Numbered from the stretch's first letter, positions 1 to 12,195 are shown. The stretch: DNA of 64,000 bases from Escherichia coli (GCF_013122565.1 NZ_CP053258.1); one strand, 5' to 3'. Made by a program: numbers and translations. The notes: generated by a model from the letters alone, not told the origin.

Positions 1-376
1 GCTGGACAAGCGCAATAGGGAACTGGCTAAGGTCGGCAGAACCACTCACCCCCGCCAGATTCAGGCGTACGCCATCAATTAACACCAACACATGACTGGC
101 ATTTGTACCGCGAATAAAAATAGATGAGAGCTGACCTGAACCGCCGTTTTGGGTGATATCGACGCCCGGAAGACGGCGCAGCACATCATTGACCGAGGTC
201 GACTGCCAGCGGTCGATATCCTGACGCGTCACAACGGTGGTTGGTGCAAGCACAGTGCTGCGCGGCTGTTCAAAACGGTTAGCAGTAACGACGAGAGTAT
301 CCGGGCTGGTATCCTGTGCCCAAGCGGAAAAGGCTGTGACAGAACACGCCGTCAGCAGCGAAGCTTTTTTAATCAT
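1..376 (-). CDS. btuB: Vitamin B12/cobalamin outer-membrane transporter BtuB, N-terminal part; gene continues beyond the window start
   Basis: Reverse-strand translation from the ATG at about 376 reads [38 protein letters not shown]..., matching the BtuB signal peptide and TonB-box region as I recall them. The ORF-track entry 149..670 (+) is antisense to it. Confidence 0.9.
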   Translation of the reverse strand, partial: MIKKASLLTACSVTAFSAWAQDTSPDTLVVTANRFEQPRSTVLAPTTVVTRQDIDRWQSTSVNDVLRRLPGVDITQNGGSGQLSSIFIRGTNASHVLVLIDGVRLNLAGVSGSADLSQFPIALVQ

Positions 377-615
377 TGTAAAGCATCCACAATAGAAGAA
401 GGATGCCGCAGGTTTCATCAATATTACGCGATGATGAGAACCAGATGCGACGTTGGCCGGCAGGTCTTCGGGCTTGGAGGGGTATCTAAGATACTAAGAG
501 ATGATGACTTCCCACCGAATGGCAGTGTCCGCATAACGCAATCATCGCACCTTTCCTTACCGCTGCGCGTCAGCTCCAGATTCGCACTGGATTCCCTATT
601 AACTCACAGGACCGG
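377..615 (-). promoter_or_regulatory. btuB 5' leader carrying the cobalamin (B12) riboswitch
   Basis: A roughly 240-nt leader lies between the btuB ATG and the divergent trmA gene; the reverse-strand sequence agrees with the K-12 btuB leader as I recall it. Boundaries are approximate. Confidence 0.7.
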
Positions 616-744
616 CAAGTGGATGCTACAGGTTGTAACAAGTTACTGTCCAGACATAGCTCACAAATAGGAATTCATCAAGATCTGGACATCTGATGAG
701 CAATCCCTACAATCGCCGCGTACTTTAATTTTTCAGGATACATC

Positions 745-1845
745 ATGACCCCCGAACACCTTCCAACAGAACAGTATGAAGCGCAGTTAGCCGAAAAAGT
801 GGTACGTTTGCAAAGTATGATGGCACCGTTTTCTGACCTGGTTCCGGAAGTGTTTCGCTCGCCGGTCAGTCATTACCGGATGCGTGCGGAGTTCCGCATC
901 TGGCACGATGGCGATGACCTGTATCACATCATTTTCGATCAACAAACCAAAAGCCGTATCCGCGTGGATAGCTTCCCCGCCGCCAGTGAACTCATCAACC
1001 AGTTGATGACGGCGATGATTGCGGGTGTGCGTAATAATCCCGTTCTGCGCCACAAGTTGTTCCAGATTGATTACCTCACCACGCTGAGTAATCAGGCGGT
1101 GGTTTCCCTGCTGTACCATAAAAAGCTGGATGATGAGTGGCGTCAGGAAGCGGAAGCACTGCGCGATGCACTGCGCGCGCAGAATCTGAATGTGCATCTG
1201 ATTGGTCGGGCAACGAAAACCAAAATCGCGCTGGATCAAGATTACATCGACGAGCGTCTGCCGGTCGCAGGGAAAGAGATGATCTATCGTCAGGTAGAAA
1301 ACAGCTTTACCCAGCCGAACGCGGCGATGAATATTCAGATGCTGGAATGGGCGCTGGACGTAACCAAAGGCTCAAAAGGCGATTTACTGGAGCTGTACTG
1401 CGGCAACGGTAACTTTTCATTAGCGCTGGCGCGCAATTTTGATCGGGTATTAGCCACCGAAATCGCCAAACCGTCAGTCGCTGCCGCGCAATACAACATT
1501 GCCGCTAACCATATTGATAACGTACAAATTATTCGTATGGCGGCAGAAGAATTTACTCAGGCGATGAATGGCGTGCGCGAGTTTAACCGCCTGCAAGGGA
1601 TCGATTTAAAGAGTTATCAGTGCGAAACCATTTTTGTCGACCCACCGCGCAGCGGTCTGGACAGTGAAACCGAGAAAATGGTGCAGGCGTATCCACGTAT
1701 TCTGTATATCTCCTGCAATCCGGAAACGTTATGCAAGAATCTGGAAACATTAAGTCAGACGCACAAGGTCGAACGTCTGGCTCTGTTTGATCAGTTCCCC
1801 TACACGCACCATATGGAGTGCGGCGTATTACTGACCGCGAAGTAA
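745..1845 (+). CDS. trmA: tRNA (uracil54-C5)-methyltransferase
   Basis: 366-aa ORF recognised as K-12 TrmA ([19 protein letters not shown]...). Confidence 0.95.
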   Translation: MTPEHLPTEQYEAQLAEKVVRLQSMMAPFSDLVPEVFRSPVSHYRMRAEFRIWHDGDDLYHIIFDQQTKSRIRVDSFPAASELINQLMTAMIAGVRNNPVLRHKLFQIDYLTTLSNQAVVSLLYHKKLDDEWRQEAEALRDALRAQNLNVHLIGRATKTKIALDQDYIDERLPVAGKEMIYRQVENSFTQPNAAMNIQMLEWALDVTKGSKGDLLELYCGNGNFSLALARNFDRVLATEIAKPSVAAAQYNIAANHIDNVQIIRMAAEEFTQAMNGVREFNRLQGIDLKSYQCETIFVDPPRSGLDSETEKMVQAYPRILYISCNPETLCKNLETLSQTHKVERLALFDQFPYTHHMECGVLLTAK

Positions 1846-1850
1846 AACCC

Positions 1851-1876
1851 ATGCCGGATGCATCAGCATCCGGCAT
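1851..1876. terminator. Hairpin between convergent trmA and yijD, probable bidirectional terminator
   Basis: Inverted repeat gccggatgc-atca-gcatccggc lies immediately after the trmA stop and before the yijD stop. Confidence 0.55.
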
Positions 1877-1884
1877 GATTCCGA

Positions 1885-2244
1885 TTACTCAGCAACTTCC
1901 TGCTTACGGTTACGCATCTTCGCGCCAATCCAGAACACCATAATGACGGACAGTACTGCCGGGAAGAAGTTAGAGCCGATATCCGGATATTCCGCACGAA
2001 CTACCGTGCTGTACAGCAGTACGCCGAGAATAAAACAGGCAGCTGCCAGACCGGGCAAGCCTACCGGCATGGTGCGATTAAGATAACGTTGATGCAGGCA
2101 GTAAACCGTCAGCACCAGGGAAATAATCGGGAATACAGAAAATGGCACAATGGAGCTAAACAGCGCTGCGAAAGTACCATTAATCGATAAGCCAGCAACC
2201 AACGCCAGCAGCAGCGTACCTCTATCTTGATTTGCTTGTTTCAT
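1885..2244 (-). CDS. yijD: Inner-membrane protein YijD (DUF1422)
   Basis: 119-aa hydrophobic ORF at the conserved position between trmA and fabR. Confidence 0.9.
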
Positions 2245-2891
2245 TACTCGTCCTTCACATTTCCCGGAATAATTGCGGTTTTCTCTTGTTCACGGCGATA
2301 CCAGTAATAAGCCCCTTTCGAAATCATTCGCAGTTGCAGTACCAGTCGCTCTTCTAATTGCCGACGTTGTTCGACGCCGACGTCCAACGCCTCGGCACCC
2401 GCACTGAAGACAATTGTCACCATTGCTTCGGCTTGCGCTTCAGTAAACGCACGCGGCATATGGTTTTCGAGTTCCAGATAGTCCGCAAGTTCCGCAATGA
2501 AGTGCTGAATTTCACGCGCAACGGCAGCACGAAACGCAGCGGAGGTGCCGGAGCGTTCCCGCAATAATAACCGGAAGGCGTTAGGATTATTACCGATGAA
2601 CTCCATAAATGTGGAGACCGAGGTGCGGATCACACTCCCGCCTTTGGCGATACGCTGACGCGCCTGGCGCATGAGTTGGCGTAGCATTAAACCGCTCTCA
2701 TCAACCATGGTCAGACCCAGTTCGTCTACGTCGCGGAAATGCCGATAAAAAGAGGTGGGAGCAATGCCCGCTTCACGCGCCACTTCACGCAAACTCAAGC
2801 TGGCGAAGCTGCGTTCAGCACTTAATTGGCTAAATGCGGCTTCCACCAGCGAACGGCGGGTTTTTTCTTTTTGTTGCGCTCTTACGCCCAT
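2244..2891 (-). CDS. fabR: TetR-family repressor of unsaturated fatty-acid biosynthesis FabR
   Basis: ORF-track entry is 247 aa; the canonical 215-aa protein starts at [20 protein letters not shown], and the TetR HTH ([25 protein letters not shown]) is present. Confidence 0.9.
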
Positions 2892-3216
2892 CACGATGTC
2901 TGAATCCTTGCCAAAAGTACTGCTGGCACTATACCAGAGAATGAACATACTGGATTGCTCCAGTGTTGTGAATGAACGGTAACGCAATAAAACATATTTA
3001 CTGCAATTCTTTGGCCGGTTCTTTTACGTACATGCCGCTTAAACGGAGAGTATCGTCGATAAAAATCCAATAAAACGTTCATGTCAAAAGTAAGAAACAG
3101 ACAAAGCAAAGGCCGCTCACGATATAGCCAGATAAATGACGGGGATCAATTGGCTTACCCGCGATAAAATGTTACCATTCTGTTGCTTTTATGTATAAGA
3201 ACAGGTAAGCCCTACC

Positions 3217-4617
3217 ATGCCACATTCCTACGATTACGATGCCATAGTAATAGGTTCCGGCCCCGGCGGCGAAGGCGCTGCAATGGGCCTGGTTAAGCAA
3301 GGTGCGCGCGTCGCAGTTATCGAGCGTTATCAAAATGTTGGCGGCGGTTGCACCCACTGGGGCACCATCCCGTCGAAAGCTCTCCGTCACGCCGTCAGCC
3401 GCATTATAGAATTCAATCAAAACCCACTATACAGCGACCATTCCCGACTGCTCCGCTCTTCTTTTGCCGATATCCTTAACCATGCCGATAACGTGATTAA
3501 TCAACAAACGCGCATGCGTCAGGGATTTTACGAACGTAATCACTGTGAAATATTGCAGGGGAACGCTCGCTTTGTTGACGAGCATACGTTGGCGCTGGAT
3601 TGCCCGGACGGCAGCGTTGAAACACTAACCGCTGAAAAATTTGTTATTGCCTGCGGCTCTCGTCCATATCATCCAACAGATGTTGATTTCACCCATCCAC
3701 GCATTTACGACAGCGACTCAATTCTCAGCATGCACCACGAACCGCGCCATGTACTTATCTATGGTGCTGGAGTGATCGGCTGTGAATATGCGTCGATCTT
3801 CCGCGGTATGGATGTAAAAGTGGATCTGATCAACACCCGCGATCGCCTGCTGGCATTTCTCGATCAAGAGATGTCAGATTCTCTCTCCTATCACTTCTGG
3901 AACAGTGGCGTAGTGATTCGTCACAACGAAGAGTACGAGAAGATCGAAGGCTGTGACGACGGTGTGATCATGCATCTGAAGTCGGGTAAAAAACTGAAAG
4001 CTGACTGCCTGCTCTATGCCAACGGTCGCACCGGTAATACTGATTCGCTGGCGTTACAGAACATTGGGCTGGAAACTGACAGTCGCGGACAGCTGAAGGT
4101 CAACAGCATGTATCAGACCGCACAGCCGCACGTTTACGCGGTGGGCGACGTGATTGGTTATCCGAGCCTGGCATCAGCGGCCTATGACCAGGGGCGCATT
4201 GCCGCGCAGGCGCTGGTGAAAGGTGAAGCCACCGCACATCTGATTGAAGATATCCCTACCGGCATTTACACCATCCCGGAAATCAGCTCTGTGGGCAAAA
4301 CCGAACAGCAGCTGACCGCGATGAAAGTGCCATATGAAGTGGGCCGCGCCCAGTTCAAACATCTGGCACGTGCACAAATCGTCGGCATGAACGTGGGCAC
4401 GCTGAAAATTTTGTTCCATCGGGAAACAAAAGAGATTCTGGGCATTCACTGCTTTGGCGAGCGCGCTGCCGAAATTATTCATATCGGTCAGGCGATTATG
4501 GAACAGAAAGGTGGCGGCAACACTATTGAGTACTTCGTCAACACCACCTTTAACTACCCGACGATGGCGGAAGCCTATCGGGTAGCTGCGTTAAACGGTT
4601 TAAACCGCCTGTTTTAA
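3217..4617 (+). CDS. sthA: Soluble pyridine nucleotide transhydrogenase
   Basis: 466-aa ORF with FAD-binding GSGPGG motif ([16 protein letters not shown]) and the expected length. Confidence 0.95.
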
Positions 4618-5517
4618 CACTTTATCGAAATGGCCATCCATTCTTGCGCGGATGGCCTCTGCCAGCTGCTCATAGCGGCTGCGCAGCGGTGAGCCAGGAC
4701 GATAAACCAGGCCAATAGTGCGGCGTGGTTCCGGCTTAATGCACGGCAGATAAACAACCCCATCGCGTTTGCGTTCCGGCGGCACAGCCAGCGCTGGCAA
4801 TAAAGTGATCCCGCTACCTGCCGCCACCATGTTGCGCAGCGTCTCCAGGCTGGTCGCGCGGAAGTGTGTATCTTCATCCGCCCCGGCTTCAAAACAGAAA
4901 CCCATTGCCTGATCGCGCAAACAGTGACCATCTTCCAGCATCAGCAGTTTTTCCCCTGCCAGATCGGCCATCGGTACGCATTCGCGGTTCGCCCACGGGT
5001 GATCTTCATAGATAGCCAGCAACATTGGCTCATCAAACAACGGCACTTCAATGAATGCTTCGCTCTCTTTCACCAGCGCGAGGATCACGCAATCGAGTTT
5101 GCCGCTGTCCAGTTGCGCCAGTAACTGGTGGGTCTGTGCTTCATGCAGATACATTTCCAGCTTTGGAAAGGTCTGGTGCAGCATCGGGATAATATGCGGT
5201 AGCAGGTACGGTCCAACCGTGGGAATCAAACCAATATGCAGCGGTCCGGACATCGTCTCGCCCTGCTGGCTTGCCATCTCTTTAAGGACTTTCACCTCAC
5301 GCAGCACGGTACGCGCCTGATCCACCAGCAGCATTCCCGCCTGGGTGAACAACACTTTACGGCTGGTCCGCTCCAGCAACATCACGCCCAGCTCATCTTC
5401 CAGCTTACGAATTTGCCCGCTAAGCGTCGGCTGGCTAACGTGGCAGGAATCTGCTGCACGCCGAAAATGGCGGTGTTCAGCCAATGCCACCAGGTACTCA
5501 AGATCACGAATATTCAT
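4600..5517 (-). CDS. oxyR: LysR-family hydrogen-peroxide-responsive regulator OxyR
   Basis: Canonical 305-aa protein starting [40 protein letters not shown]; the ORF-track entry has a 10-aa N-terminal extension. The 3' end overlaps sthA convergently. Confidence 0.95.
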   Translation of the reverse strand: MNIRDLEYLVALAEHRHFRRAADSCHVSQPTLSGQIRKLEDELGVMLLERTSRKVLFTQAGMLLVDQARTVLREVKVLKEMASQQGETMSGPLHIGLIPTVGPYLLPHIIPMLHQTFPKLEMYLHEAQTHQLLAQLDSGKLDCVILALVKESEAFIEVPLFDEPMLLAIYEDHPWANRECVPMADLAGEKLLMLEDGHCLRDQAMGFCFEAGADEDTHFRATSLETLRNMVAAGSGITLLPALAVPPERKRDGVVYLPCIKPEPRRTIGLVYRPGSPLRSRYEQLAEAIRARMDGHFDKVLKQAV

Positions 5518-5612
5518 TATCCATCCTCCATCGCCACGATAGTTCATGGCGATAGGTAGAATAGCAATGAACGATTATCCCTATCAAGCATTCTGACTGA
5601 TAATTGCTCACA
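5518..5612. promoter_or_regulatory. Divergent oxyR/oxyS promoter region, expected to carry the OxyR binding site
   Basis: Intergenic region between the oxyR start and the oxyS 5' end; the site itself was not mapped base by base. Confidence 0.5.
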
Positions 5613-5729
5613 GAAACGGAGCGGCACCTCTTTTAACCCTTGAAGTCACTGCCCGTTTCGAGAGTTTCTCAACTCGAATAACTAAAGCCAACGTGAACTT
5701 TTGCGGATCTCCAGGATCCGCTTTTTTTT
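5613..5729 (+). ncRNA. oxyS: OxyS small regulatory RNA with intrinsic terminator
   Basis: Sequence gaaacggagcggcacctcttttaacccttgaagtcactgcccgtttcgagagtttctcaactcgaataactaaagccaacgtgaacttttgcggatctccaggatccgc followed by a T-run, agreeing with K-12 oxyS as I recall it; divergent from oxyR. Confidence 0.9.
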
Positions 5730-5770
5730 TTATTCTACAGGCCCACAACAAGAGAGCCTGATAGTAACGG

Positions 5771-7054
5771 TTACTCAATGCGATCTTTGACAATAAAGAA
5801 GTAACACAACGCCCCGGTGAACGTCACACAGGCCGCGATAACCAACGCCAGATTAAACGAGTGTGTGGTATCCACTACCCAACCGGTTACGATCGGAGCA
5901 AAGGAAGCAAAAACAAAACTGCCAAAGTTTTGAATCCCGGCGATGGAAGCCACTTTTGTTTCTGACACCATCACCTGCACCAGTCCCCATGCAGACGTTC
6001 CCGCGAAATGCACGCAGAATAGCGCCATTGAGATAAACGCTACCGCCTGAGCTGGCGAGGAAGATTGCACGACCAGCAACGTGCCTAATGCCGACATCAT
6101 CAAACCGCAGACAATAGCCGTTTTACGCGTCTTCGCCAGGTCGTAGCCTTTTTTCGCCAGTCGATCGACAACAATACCGTTTACCCACATCCCGACTGCC
6201 GCCGCGAGGAAAGGAATCGCCGCCACCCAACCGGTTTTCGCCAGACTGAAACCTTGCTCGGCCTGCAAATAACCGGGTAACCACGCGATGTAGAGCCAAC
6301 CGGTATAATTGACGCCAGAGAAACCTAAAATCATCCCCCAGGTTGTCCGATGCTTAAACAGCGCCAGCCACTCGCTAAATTGCAGCTGTGGACGCGGTTT
6401 AACCGGCGCGGAGAGATACGTCCGTTCTTCGTCAGTCAGGACAAACTGCGCCCGGTTGCGATACCACGCGTACCAACAGATCCCAACCAGAATCCCCGCC
6501 ACGCCGATGATGACGAACATCGTCCGCCAGCCCCATGCCAGCTGCATCAATACAAGAGCAGGAGGCGCGATAGCCTGACCGATAACGGTAGATGAGTTAA
6601 AAATCCCCAGCGCCGTGCCGCGTTCTTTTTGTGCATACCAGTCGGTGATCGACTTTACTCCCGCAGGCATAAATGGCGCTTCGCCAATACCCAGACCGAT
6701 ACGCATTAAAATAAAGTGGCTAAAAGAATTAACCATTCCTGTTAATGCCTGCATTAATGACCAGAATATTAAGCCTGCGCCTAAAACTATTCGTGGGCCA
6801 AAGCGGTCTAGCAAAATACCGGAAGGAAGTTGTGAAAAACCATAAGACAGAGAAAATGCAGAAAGCAAAAAACCAAACTCTGTCGCTGATAATCCTAACT
6901 CGCCACGAATCGCTTCGCCTGCCACGCTCAATGACGAACGGTCGAGAAAATTAACGATCCCCGCCATAAATAATAAAACCAGGGTCACTGTCTGAATACG
7001 ACGAATCCGTTGCGGTTTATTACCCGCAACACTGGTTGACACATCAACGTCCAT
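5771..7054 (-). CDS. MFS transporter, anion:cation symporter (ACS) family, sugar-acid type (DgoT/ExuT-like); accessory
   Basis: 427-aa hydrophobic ORF with multiple predicted TM segments and an N-terminal signature (LLFMAGIVNFLDRSSLSVAGEAIRGELGLSATEFGFLLSAFSLSYGFSQLPSGILLDRFGPR) typical of ACS-family sugar-acid transporters. Not part of the K-12 oxyR-argH interval as I recall it. Confidence 0.8.
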   Translation of the reverse strand: MDVDVSTSVAGNKPQRIRRIQTVTLVLLFMAGIVNFLDRSSLSVAGEAIRGELGLSATEFGFLLSAFSLSYGFSQLPSGILLDRFGPRIVLGAGLIFWSLMQALTGMVNSFSHFILMRIGLGIGEAPFMPAGVKSITDWYAQKERGTALGIFNSSTVIGQAIAPPALVLMQLAWGWRTMFVIIGVAGILVGICWYAWYRNRAQFVLTDEERTYLSAPVKPRPQLQFSEWLALFKHRTTWGMILGFSGVNYTGWLYIAWLPGYLQAEQGFSLAKTGWVAAIPFLAAAVGMWVNGIVVDRLAKKGYDLAKTRKTAIVCGLMMSALGTLLVVQSSSPAQAVAFISMALFCVHFAGTSAWGLVQVMVSETKVASIAGIQNFGSFVFASFAPIVTGWVVDTTHSFNLALVIAACVTFTGALCYFFIVKDRIE

Positions 7055-7120
7055 TTTTAGCTCCTTGAGCGGAATTAATCGATTTGATGACTATTCAGAA
7101 AATAATTAAGCGAACCGTTA

Positions 7121-8335
7121 TTACCAGTTCCACAATGTGCCATCTTCCAGTCGTGCGACGGGGAGATACGCCGGGTCATACGGATATTTCGCCGCCAGTT
7201 TCTCATCGAAAGAAATACCCAGCCCCGGTTCATCGCCTGGGTGCATATAACCTTCATCGAAGCGCCAGCTGTGCGGGAAGACTTCAAGCATTTGTTCGGA
7301 ATAGCCCATGTACTCCTGAACGCCAAAGTTTGGCACCCAGAGGTCAAAATGCAGCGCCGCCGCATGACAAACAGGCGATAAATCTGAAGGGCCATGCGAA
7401 CCGGTACGTACCTGATAAAGCGATGCAAAATCGGCAATCCGTCGCATCCCGGTAATGCCGCCTGCATGGGTAATCGTCGTGCGAATATAGTCAATCAGCT
7501 GCTCTTCGATTAACTGCTTGCAGTCCCAGATACTGTTAAACACTTCACCGACCGCAATCGGCGTCACGGTGTGCTGGCGAATCAGACGGAAACATTCCTG
7601 GTTCTCGGCAGGCGTAGGATCTTCCATCCAGAACAGGCGGTAATCCTCAATGCTCTTCCCAAAGCGCGCCGCTTCGATGGGGGTCAGGCGATGGTGCATG
7701 TCATGCAACAGATGTTCGTTAAAACCGAACTTATTACGCACCGCTTCAAATAACTTCGGCGTAAAATCGAGATACTTTTCTGAAGACCACAACTGCTCTT
7801 CTGGCCACAGGCCTTTGGTTGCCGGTTCATACGCCAGTCCTTTGCCCTTCGCCAGGCCATAAGTGGTTTGCATACCCGGTACACCACACTGCACACGAAT
7901 CGCCTTAAAGCCCATGTGCTGGTGCTTTGCATAGTCTTCAAGGACTTCATCAATCGTACGCCCGGTGGTGTGGCAATAAACCATCACGCCTTCACGAGAA
8001 GCACCACCAAGCAGTTGATACAATGGCATATTTGCCGCTTTAGCTTTGATATCCCACAACGCCATATCAATGGCAGAAATGGCTGACATCGTGACGGGGC
8101 CACGTCGCCAGTAAGCACCTTTATAAAAGAATTGCCAGATATCTTCGATACGGCTGGCATCGCGGCCAATTAGTTGTGGACAAAGATGATCTTTCAGATA
8201 AGAAGCGACCGACAATTCGCGACCATTTAACGTGGCATCTCCTAATCCACAAAGTCCGCTTTCAGTGGTTATTTTAAGCGTAACGAAATTACGCCCTGGG
8301 CAAGTAACAAAAACATCCGCAGCAATAATTTTCAT
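7121..8335 (-). CDS. Enolase-superfamily sugar-acid dehydratase, D-mannonate dehydratase (ManD)/RspA-like; accessory
   Basis: The ORF-track entry is 424 aa; the likely start is [43 protein letters not shown], preceded by an AGGAG Shine-Dalgarno, and this N-terminus closely resembles E. coli RspA and ManD-family enzymes. Confidence 0.8.
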   Translation of the reverse strand: MKIIAADVFVTCPGRNFVTLKITTESGLCGLGDATLNGRELSVASYLKDHLCPQLIGRDASRIEDIWQFFYKGAYWRRGPVTMSAISAIDMALWDIKAKAANMPLYQLLGGASREGVMVYCHTTGRTIDEVLEDYAKHQHMGFKAIRVQCGVPGMQTTYGLAKGKGLAYEPATKGLWPEEQLWSSEKYLDFTPKLFEAVRNKFGFNEHLLHDMHHRLTPIEAARFGKSIEDYRLFWMEDPTPAENQECFRLIRQHTVTPIAVGEVFNSIWDCKQLIEEQLIDYIRTTITHAGGITGMRRIADFASLYQVRTGSHGPSDLSPVCHAAALHFDLWVPNFGVQEYMGYSEQMLEVFPHSWRFDEGYMHPGDEPGLGISFDEKLAAKYPYDPAYLPVARLEDGTLWNW

Positions 8336-8739
8336 TATTGCAATCTCCTGTGTTGTAAATAGACGTTTCAAACTTAATTTTACGCCTACTACCATACAAG
8401 AGAGAAAAAGCGATTATTCAACCGTGATCACATTAAAAACAAAAATTTCCATCGAGGAGAAAAAATACCCTCAAAAACCACCTGAATAATTAACCATTAT
8501 CGTTAAAACAACACGTTAAATAATCACATAACAAACTCCATTAATCATTAAAAATGGGCACAGCAATAGAAAATAATTATATTCAATTAATTAAAACATG
8601 CATTGGTTGATGTATTGAAAATATGATTTTTATGGGGGGGAGTGAAGGTAAAGAAGACACAATAATAAAAAGGAATATGACAAATAATGGTTCTGGTTGG
8701 ACGTTAAATTTAAGGTCACCAGAATGATGACAAATTTCT

Positions 8740-8797
8740 GCCTGATGCGGCGTAAACGCCTTATCCGCCTACGAAGTGTCGCACTTTGTAGGCGTGG
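8740..8797. repeat. REP (repetitive extragenic palindromic) element downstream of argH
   Basis: gcctgatgcggcgtaaacgccttatccgcctac followed by an inverted partner; typical E. coli REP consensus. Confidence 0.7.
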
Positions 8798-8833
8798 TAA
8801 ACTCCCCATTTTCAGGGGAGCAATATAAACAAA

Positions 8834-10207
8834 TTACTCTAACCGAGCCTGCGCAAAAGCAATTGCCTGCGCCACCTGCTGCGGTGAGACGCCGCCTTTT
8901 GCCGCACGCTTGTCGAGGCACGATTGTAGCGACAGAATCGGATAGACATCTTCGCCAATCACCTGACTGAATTTCTGCAACTCACTGAGTGGCAGATCTT
9001 CCAGCGGTTTGCCCTGACGAATGGCTTCCACCACCGCTTCACCCACAATATGGTGCGCCTCGCGGAAAGGTACGCCTTTCGCCACCAGGTAATCCGCCAG
9101 TTCGGTGGCGTTGGCGTAACCCTGCTGAGCCGCTTCCTGGCAACGTGGACGTTTCACCTGAATGCCGTCCAGCACCAGCGCCGCCATATGCAGGCAGTCC
9201 AGCCAAGTATCGAGCGCGTCGAACAGACCTTCTTTGTCTTCCTGCATATCTTTGTTGTAAGCCAGCGGCAAACCTTTCAGCGTCATCATCATGCCAGTTA
9301 ACGCGCCCTGCACCCGACCACATTTACCGCGAATCAGCTCCAGCGCATCCGGGTTTTTCTTCTGCGGCATTAATGATGAACCGGAAGTCACGCGGTCAGA
9401 AAGCTCCACAAACCCCGCTTCGCCGGTGTTAAAGAAAATCAGATCTTCAGCAAAACGCGACAGATGCACCATGCCGATAGCGGCAGCAGAAAGCAGTTCC
9501 AGCACGTGGTCACGGTCAGAAACGCTGTCGAGACTGTTACGGGTCGCTGAAGCAAAACCCAGCCAGCCAGCTAACTGTTCACGGTCGATTTCATAAGCCG
9601 TTCCCGCCAGCGCGCCACAGCCTAACGGACTGACATCCAGACGCTTAAGCGCATCCTGCAAACGGCTTTCATCACGCGCCAGCATCTCAACATAGGCCAG
9701 GCACCAGTGCGCGAACGTCACCGGCTGGGCGCGTTGCAGGTGAGTGTAACCTGGCATGACCGCGTCCTGATTGTTTTGTGCGGTTTCCACCAGCGCCGAT
9801 TGCAGCTGCCGGTTAGCCGTCAGCAACTCGCCAACGGTATCTTTGCACCACAGTTTCAGGTCTGTCGCTACCTGATCATTACGACTACGCCCGGTATGCA
9901 GCTTTTTGCCTAACTGGCCCACTTTGTCGATCAGTTTGCCTTCCACCCAGCTATGAATATCTTCGGCGTCGCTTTCGAGGATTTGTTGTGGCCTGGCGCG
10001 AACATCTTCCAGCAGCACGTTCAGCGCCTCTTCCAGTTGCGCCTGCTCTTCTGCGGTTAACACGCCGACCGTTACCAGGGCTTTGGACCAGGCCACAGAG
10101 CCAACAATATCCTGCTCCGCCAGACGGTAATCAAAGCGCAGTGAGTCGTTGAATTGTTTGAACCGTTGATCTGCTGCCTGGGTAAAACGCCCGCCCCAAA
10201 GTGCCAT
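8834..10207 (-). CDS. argH: Argininosuccinate lyase
   Basis: 457-aa [44 protein letters not shown]..., fumarate-lyase family. Confidence 0.95.
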   Translation of the reverse strand: MALWGGRFTQAADQRFKQFNDSLRFDYRLAEQDIVGSVAWSKALVTVGVLTAEEQAQLEEALNVLLEDVRARPQQILESDAEDIHSWVEGKLIDKVGQLGKKLHTGRSRNDQVATDLKLWCKDTVGELLTANRQLQSALVETAQNNQDAVMPGYTHLQRAQPVTFAHWCLAYVEMLARDESRLQDALKRLDVSPLGCGALAGTAYEIDREQLAGWLGFASATRNSLDSVSDRDHVLELLSAAAIGMVHLSRFAEDLIFFNTGEAGFVELSDRVTSGSSLMPQKKNPDALELIRGKCGRVQGALTGMMMTLKGLPLAYNKDMQEDKEGLFDALDTWLDCLHMAALVLDGIQVKRPRCQEAAQQGYANATELADYLVAKGVPFREAHHIVGEAVVEAIRQGKPLEDLPLSELQKFSQVIGEDVYPILSLQSCLDKRAAKGGVSPQQVAQAIAFAQARLE

Positions 10208-10267
10208 AACTCTGTTTCCTTATTTTGAAATTCAATGCCGGAAAGCTGCGCCTCCGGCTAACAAAAC

Positions 10268-11044
10268 TTAAGCTAAAATCCGCGTACCCATCGGCATACC
10301 GTTAAACAGTGCCGGAAGCTGTTCCGCATGACGCCAGGAGGCGATATCTACCGGACGGCCCAACGTGCGCGCAGCATCCAGCGCCGCGTTCACTTTCACT
10401 ATCATGCCGTCAGTAATAATACCCTGCTCAATCAGTTGTTCTGCTTTCGCGGCGGTCATTTCGGCAATACGTTGCCCTTTGCCGTCGAGAATGCCACTGA
10501 CGTCGGAGAGCAAAATCAGATCCGCGCCCAGCGTTGCCGCCAGCGCCGTTGCCGCCTGATCGGCATTGACATTCATCAGTTGCCCTTCGTCTGTTACGCC
10601 AATGGAGCTGACCACCGGCAGATAACCGTTCTCCAGCAAGGTGTTGATAAGCTTAGGCGAACCTGGCTGCGCCAGTCCAACATGGCCTAACTCTTCATCA
10701 AGCTGGGTCACTTTGACGCTGTCGCCGTCACCGAGAAACAAACCTACGGCCGCAATCTGATGTTTCTTCGCCCATGCCAGCAGGGTTTTATTTGCCGTTC
10801 CCGCCAGTGCTCCGGTGATAATGTCTATCTGATCCGCAGGCGTCACCCGCAGGCCGTTTTTCTTTTTCACTGGCAGATTCAGCCCTTTCATCAGCTCATC
10901 CACCACGCAACCGCCGCCGTGGACAATCACCAGCGGACGCTGATGTGACTCACGATAATTCACCAGTGCGCTAAACAGACGTTCCAGCGCCTCTTCACTA
11001 TCCAGCAGTACGCCACCCAGTTTGATAATTAATGGATTCATCAT
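10268..11044 (-). CDS. argB: Acetylglutamate kinase
   Basis: Canonical 258-aa protein starting [24 protein letters not shown]; the ORF-track entry has an 11-aa extension. Confidence 0.95.
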   Translation of the reverse strand: MMNPLIIKLGGVLLDSEEALERLFSALVNYRESHQRPLVIVHGGGCVVDELMKGLNLPVKKKNGLRVTPADQIDIITGALAGTANKTLLAWAKKHQIAAVGLFLGDGDSVKVTQLDEELGHVGLAQPGSPKLINTLLENGYLPVVSSIGVTDEGQLMNVNADQAATALAATLGADLILLSDVSGILDGKGQRIAEMTAAKAEQLIEQGIITDGMIVKVNAALDAARTLGRPVDIASWRHAEQLPALFNGMPMGTRILA

Positions 11045-11051
11045 TGCACCC

Positions 11052-12056
11052 TTAAATAAGAGACTGCGTTTCCGCATAGCCGAAACGAATATTGGCGCAC
11101 TGTACCGCTTGTGCCGCCGCGCCTTTCAGTAAGTTGTCTTCGGTCGCCACAATAATCAGATGCTCACCCTGAACGGCAAACCCGATATCGCAAAATGGCA
11201 GCCCAACGACATTTTTCAGCGCCGGAACGCCTTTGTCATACAGACGCACCAGCGGTTTATGGGCATACGCCTGCTGTAATGCCTGCGCCACTTGCGCCTG
11301 GCTCACGCCCGGTTTCAGGCGGCAGGTAATGGTTTCGAGAATGCCGCGCGGGAAATTGCCCAGATGCGGGGTGAAGATAACGTCAGCACCGAGGTGTGTG
11401 GCGATCTCTGGTTGATGGCGATGGGTAAAGACGCCATACGGTTGCAGGCTAACTTCACAAAAACTATTTGAAATCGCTGCCTTACGTCCTGCACCGCTCA
11501 CGCCGCTGGTGGCGTTGATCACTGGCCACTGATTGAGGTCAAGAAGATCGGCATCAATCAACGGTTTCAGCGCCAACTGTGCTGCCGTCGGATAACAGCC
11601 TGGTACCGCAATCAAATTCGCTTCTTTTAATTTATTACCGCACCACTCCGCCAGACCGTAGGCTGCCTGTTCCAGCAGTTCCGGGTATTGATGGGTAAAG
11701 CCGTAATATTTTTCATAGAAGGTGGCGTCGTTAACACGAAACGCGCCGGAAAGGTCGAACACCACGCAGCCCGCTTCAAGAAACTGCGGCGCTAAATCGT
11801 GGCTAACTTCATGGGCAGTGGCGAGAAACACCACGTCCACCCCTGGGCTAAACTCGCTGATATCCGACATCGGCTGCAACGGCAGATCAACGATGCCTTT
11901 TAGCTGCGGATGCAAATCGGAGATTAACTTTCCCGCATCATTGCTTTGCGCTGAAACAGTCAAAGCGGTTATGTTCATATGCGGATGGCGATTTACATAG
12001 GTCACTAGCTCTGCGCCAGCGTAGCCGCTGGCACCCACAATCAGCGTATTCAACAT
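11052..12056 (-). CDS. argC: N-acetyl-gamma-glutamyl-phosphate reductase
   Basis: 334-aa [46 protein letters not shown]... Confidence 0.95.
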   Translation of the reverse strand: MLNTLIVGASGYAGAELVTYVNRHPHMNITALTVSAQSNDAGKLISDLHPQLKGIVDLPLQPMSDISEFSPGVDVVFLATAHEVSHDLAPQFLEAGCVVFDLSGAFRVNDATFYEKYYGFTHQYPELLEQAAYGLAEWCGNKLKEANLIAVPGCYPTAAQLALKPLIDADLLDLNQWPVINATSGVSGAGRKAAISNSFCEVSLQPYGVFTHRHQPEIATHLGADVIFTPHLGNFPRGILETITCRLKPGVSQAQVAQALQQAYAHKPLVRLYDKGVPALKNVVGLPFCDIGFAVQGEHLIIVATEDNLLKGAAAQAVQCANIRFGYAETQSLI

Positions 12057-12149
12057 CGGGGCTATTCACCTTCTTATGTCTGGTTGCCAGGTTAAACGTA
12101 AAACATTCACCTTACGGCTGGTGGGTTTTATTACGCTCAACGTTAGTGT

Positions 12150-12195
12150 ATTTTTATTCATAAATAATGCATGAATATTGATACTATCATGACCA
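12150..12195. promoter_or_regulatory. ARG boxes (ArgR operator) in the divergent argE / argCBH promoter region
   Basis: Sequence cataaataatgcatgaatattgatactatcatg between argC and argE resembles tandem ARG boxes (TnTGAATwwwwATTCAnw). Confidence 0.65.

Noticed and set aside
149-670. 173-aa ORF on the + strand in the ORF track
   Set aside because: It lies antisense to the btuB 5' coding region and riboswitch leader; real btuB is on the minus strand, so this is a spurious ORF.
8232-8489. 85-aa + strand ORF spanning the dehydratase start and the AT-rich upstream region
   Set aside because: It overlaps the N-terminus of the dehydratase on the opposite strand, has no ribosome-binding site and a low-complexity translation.
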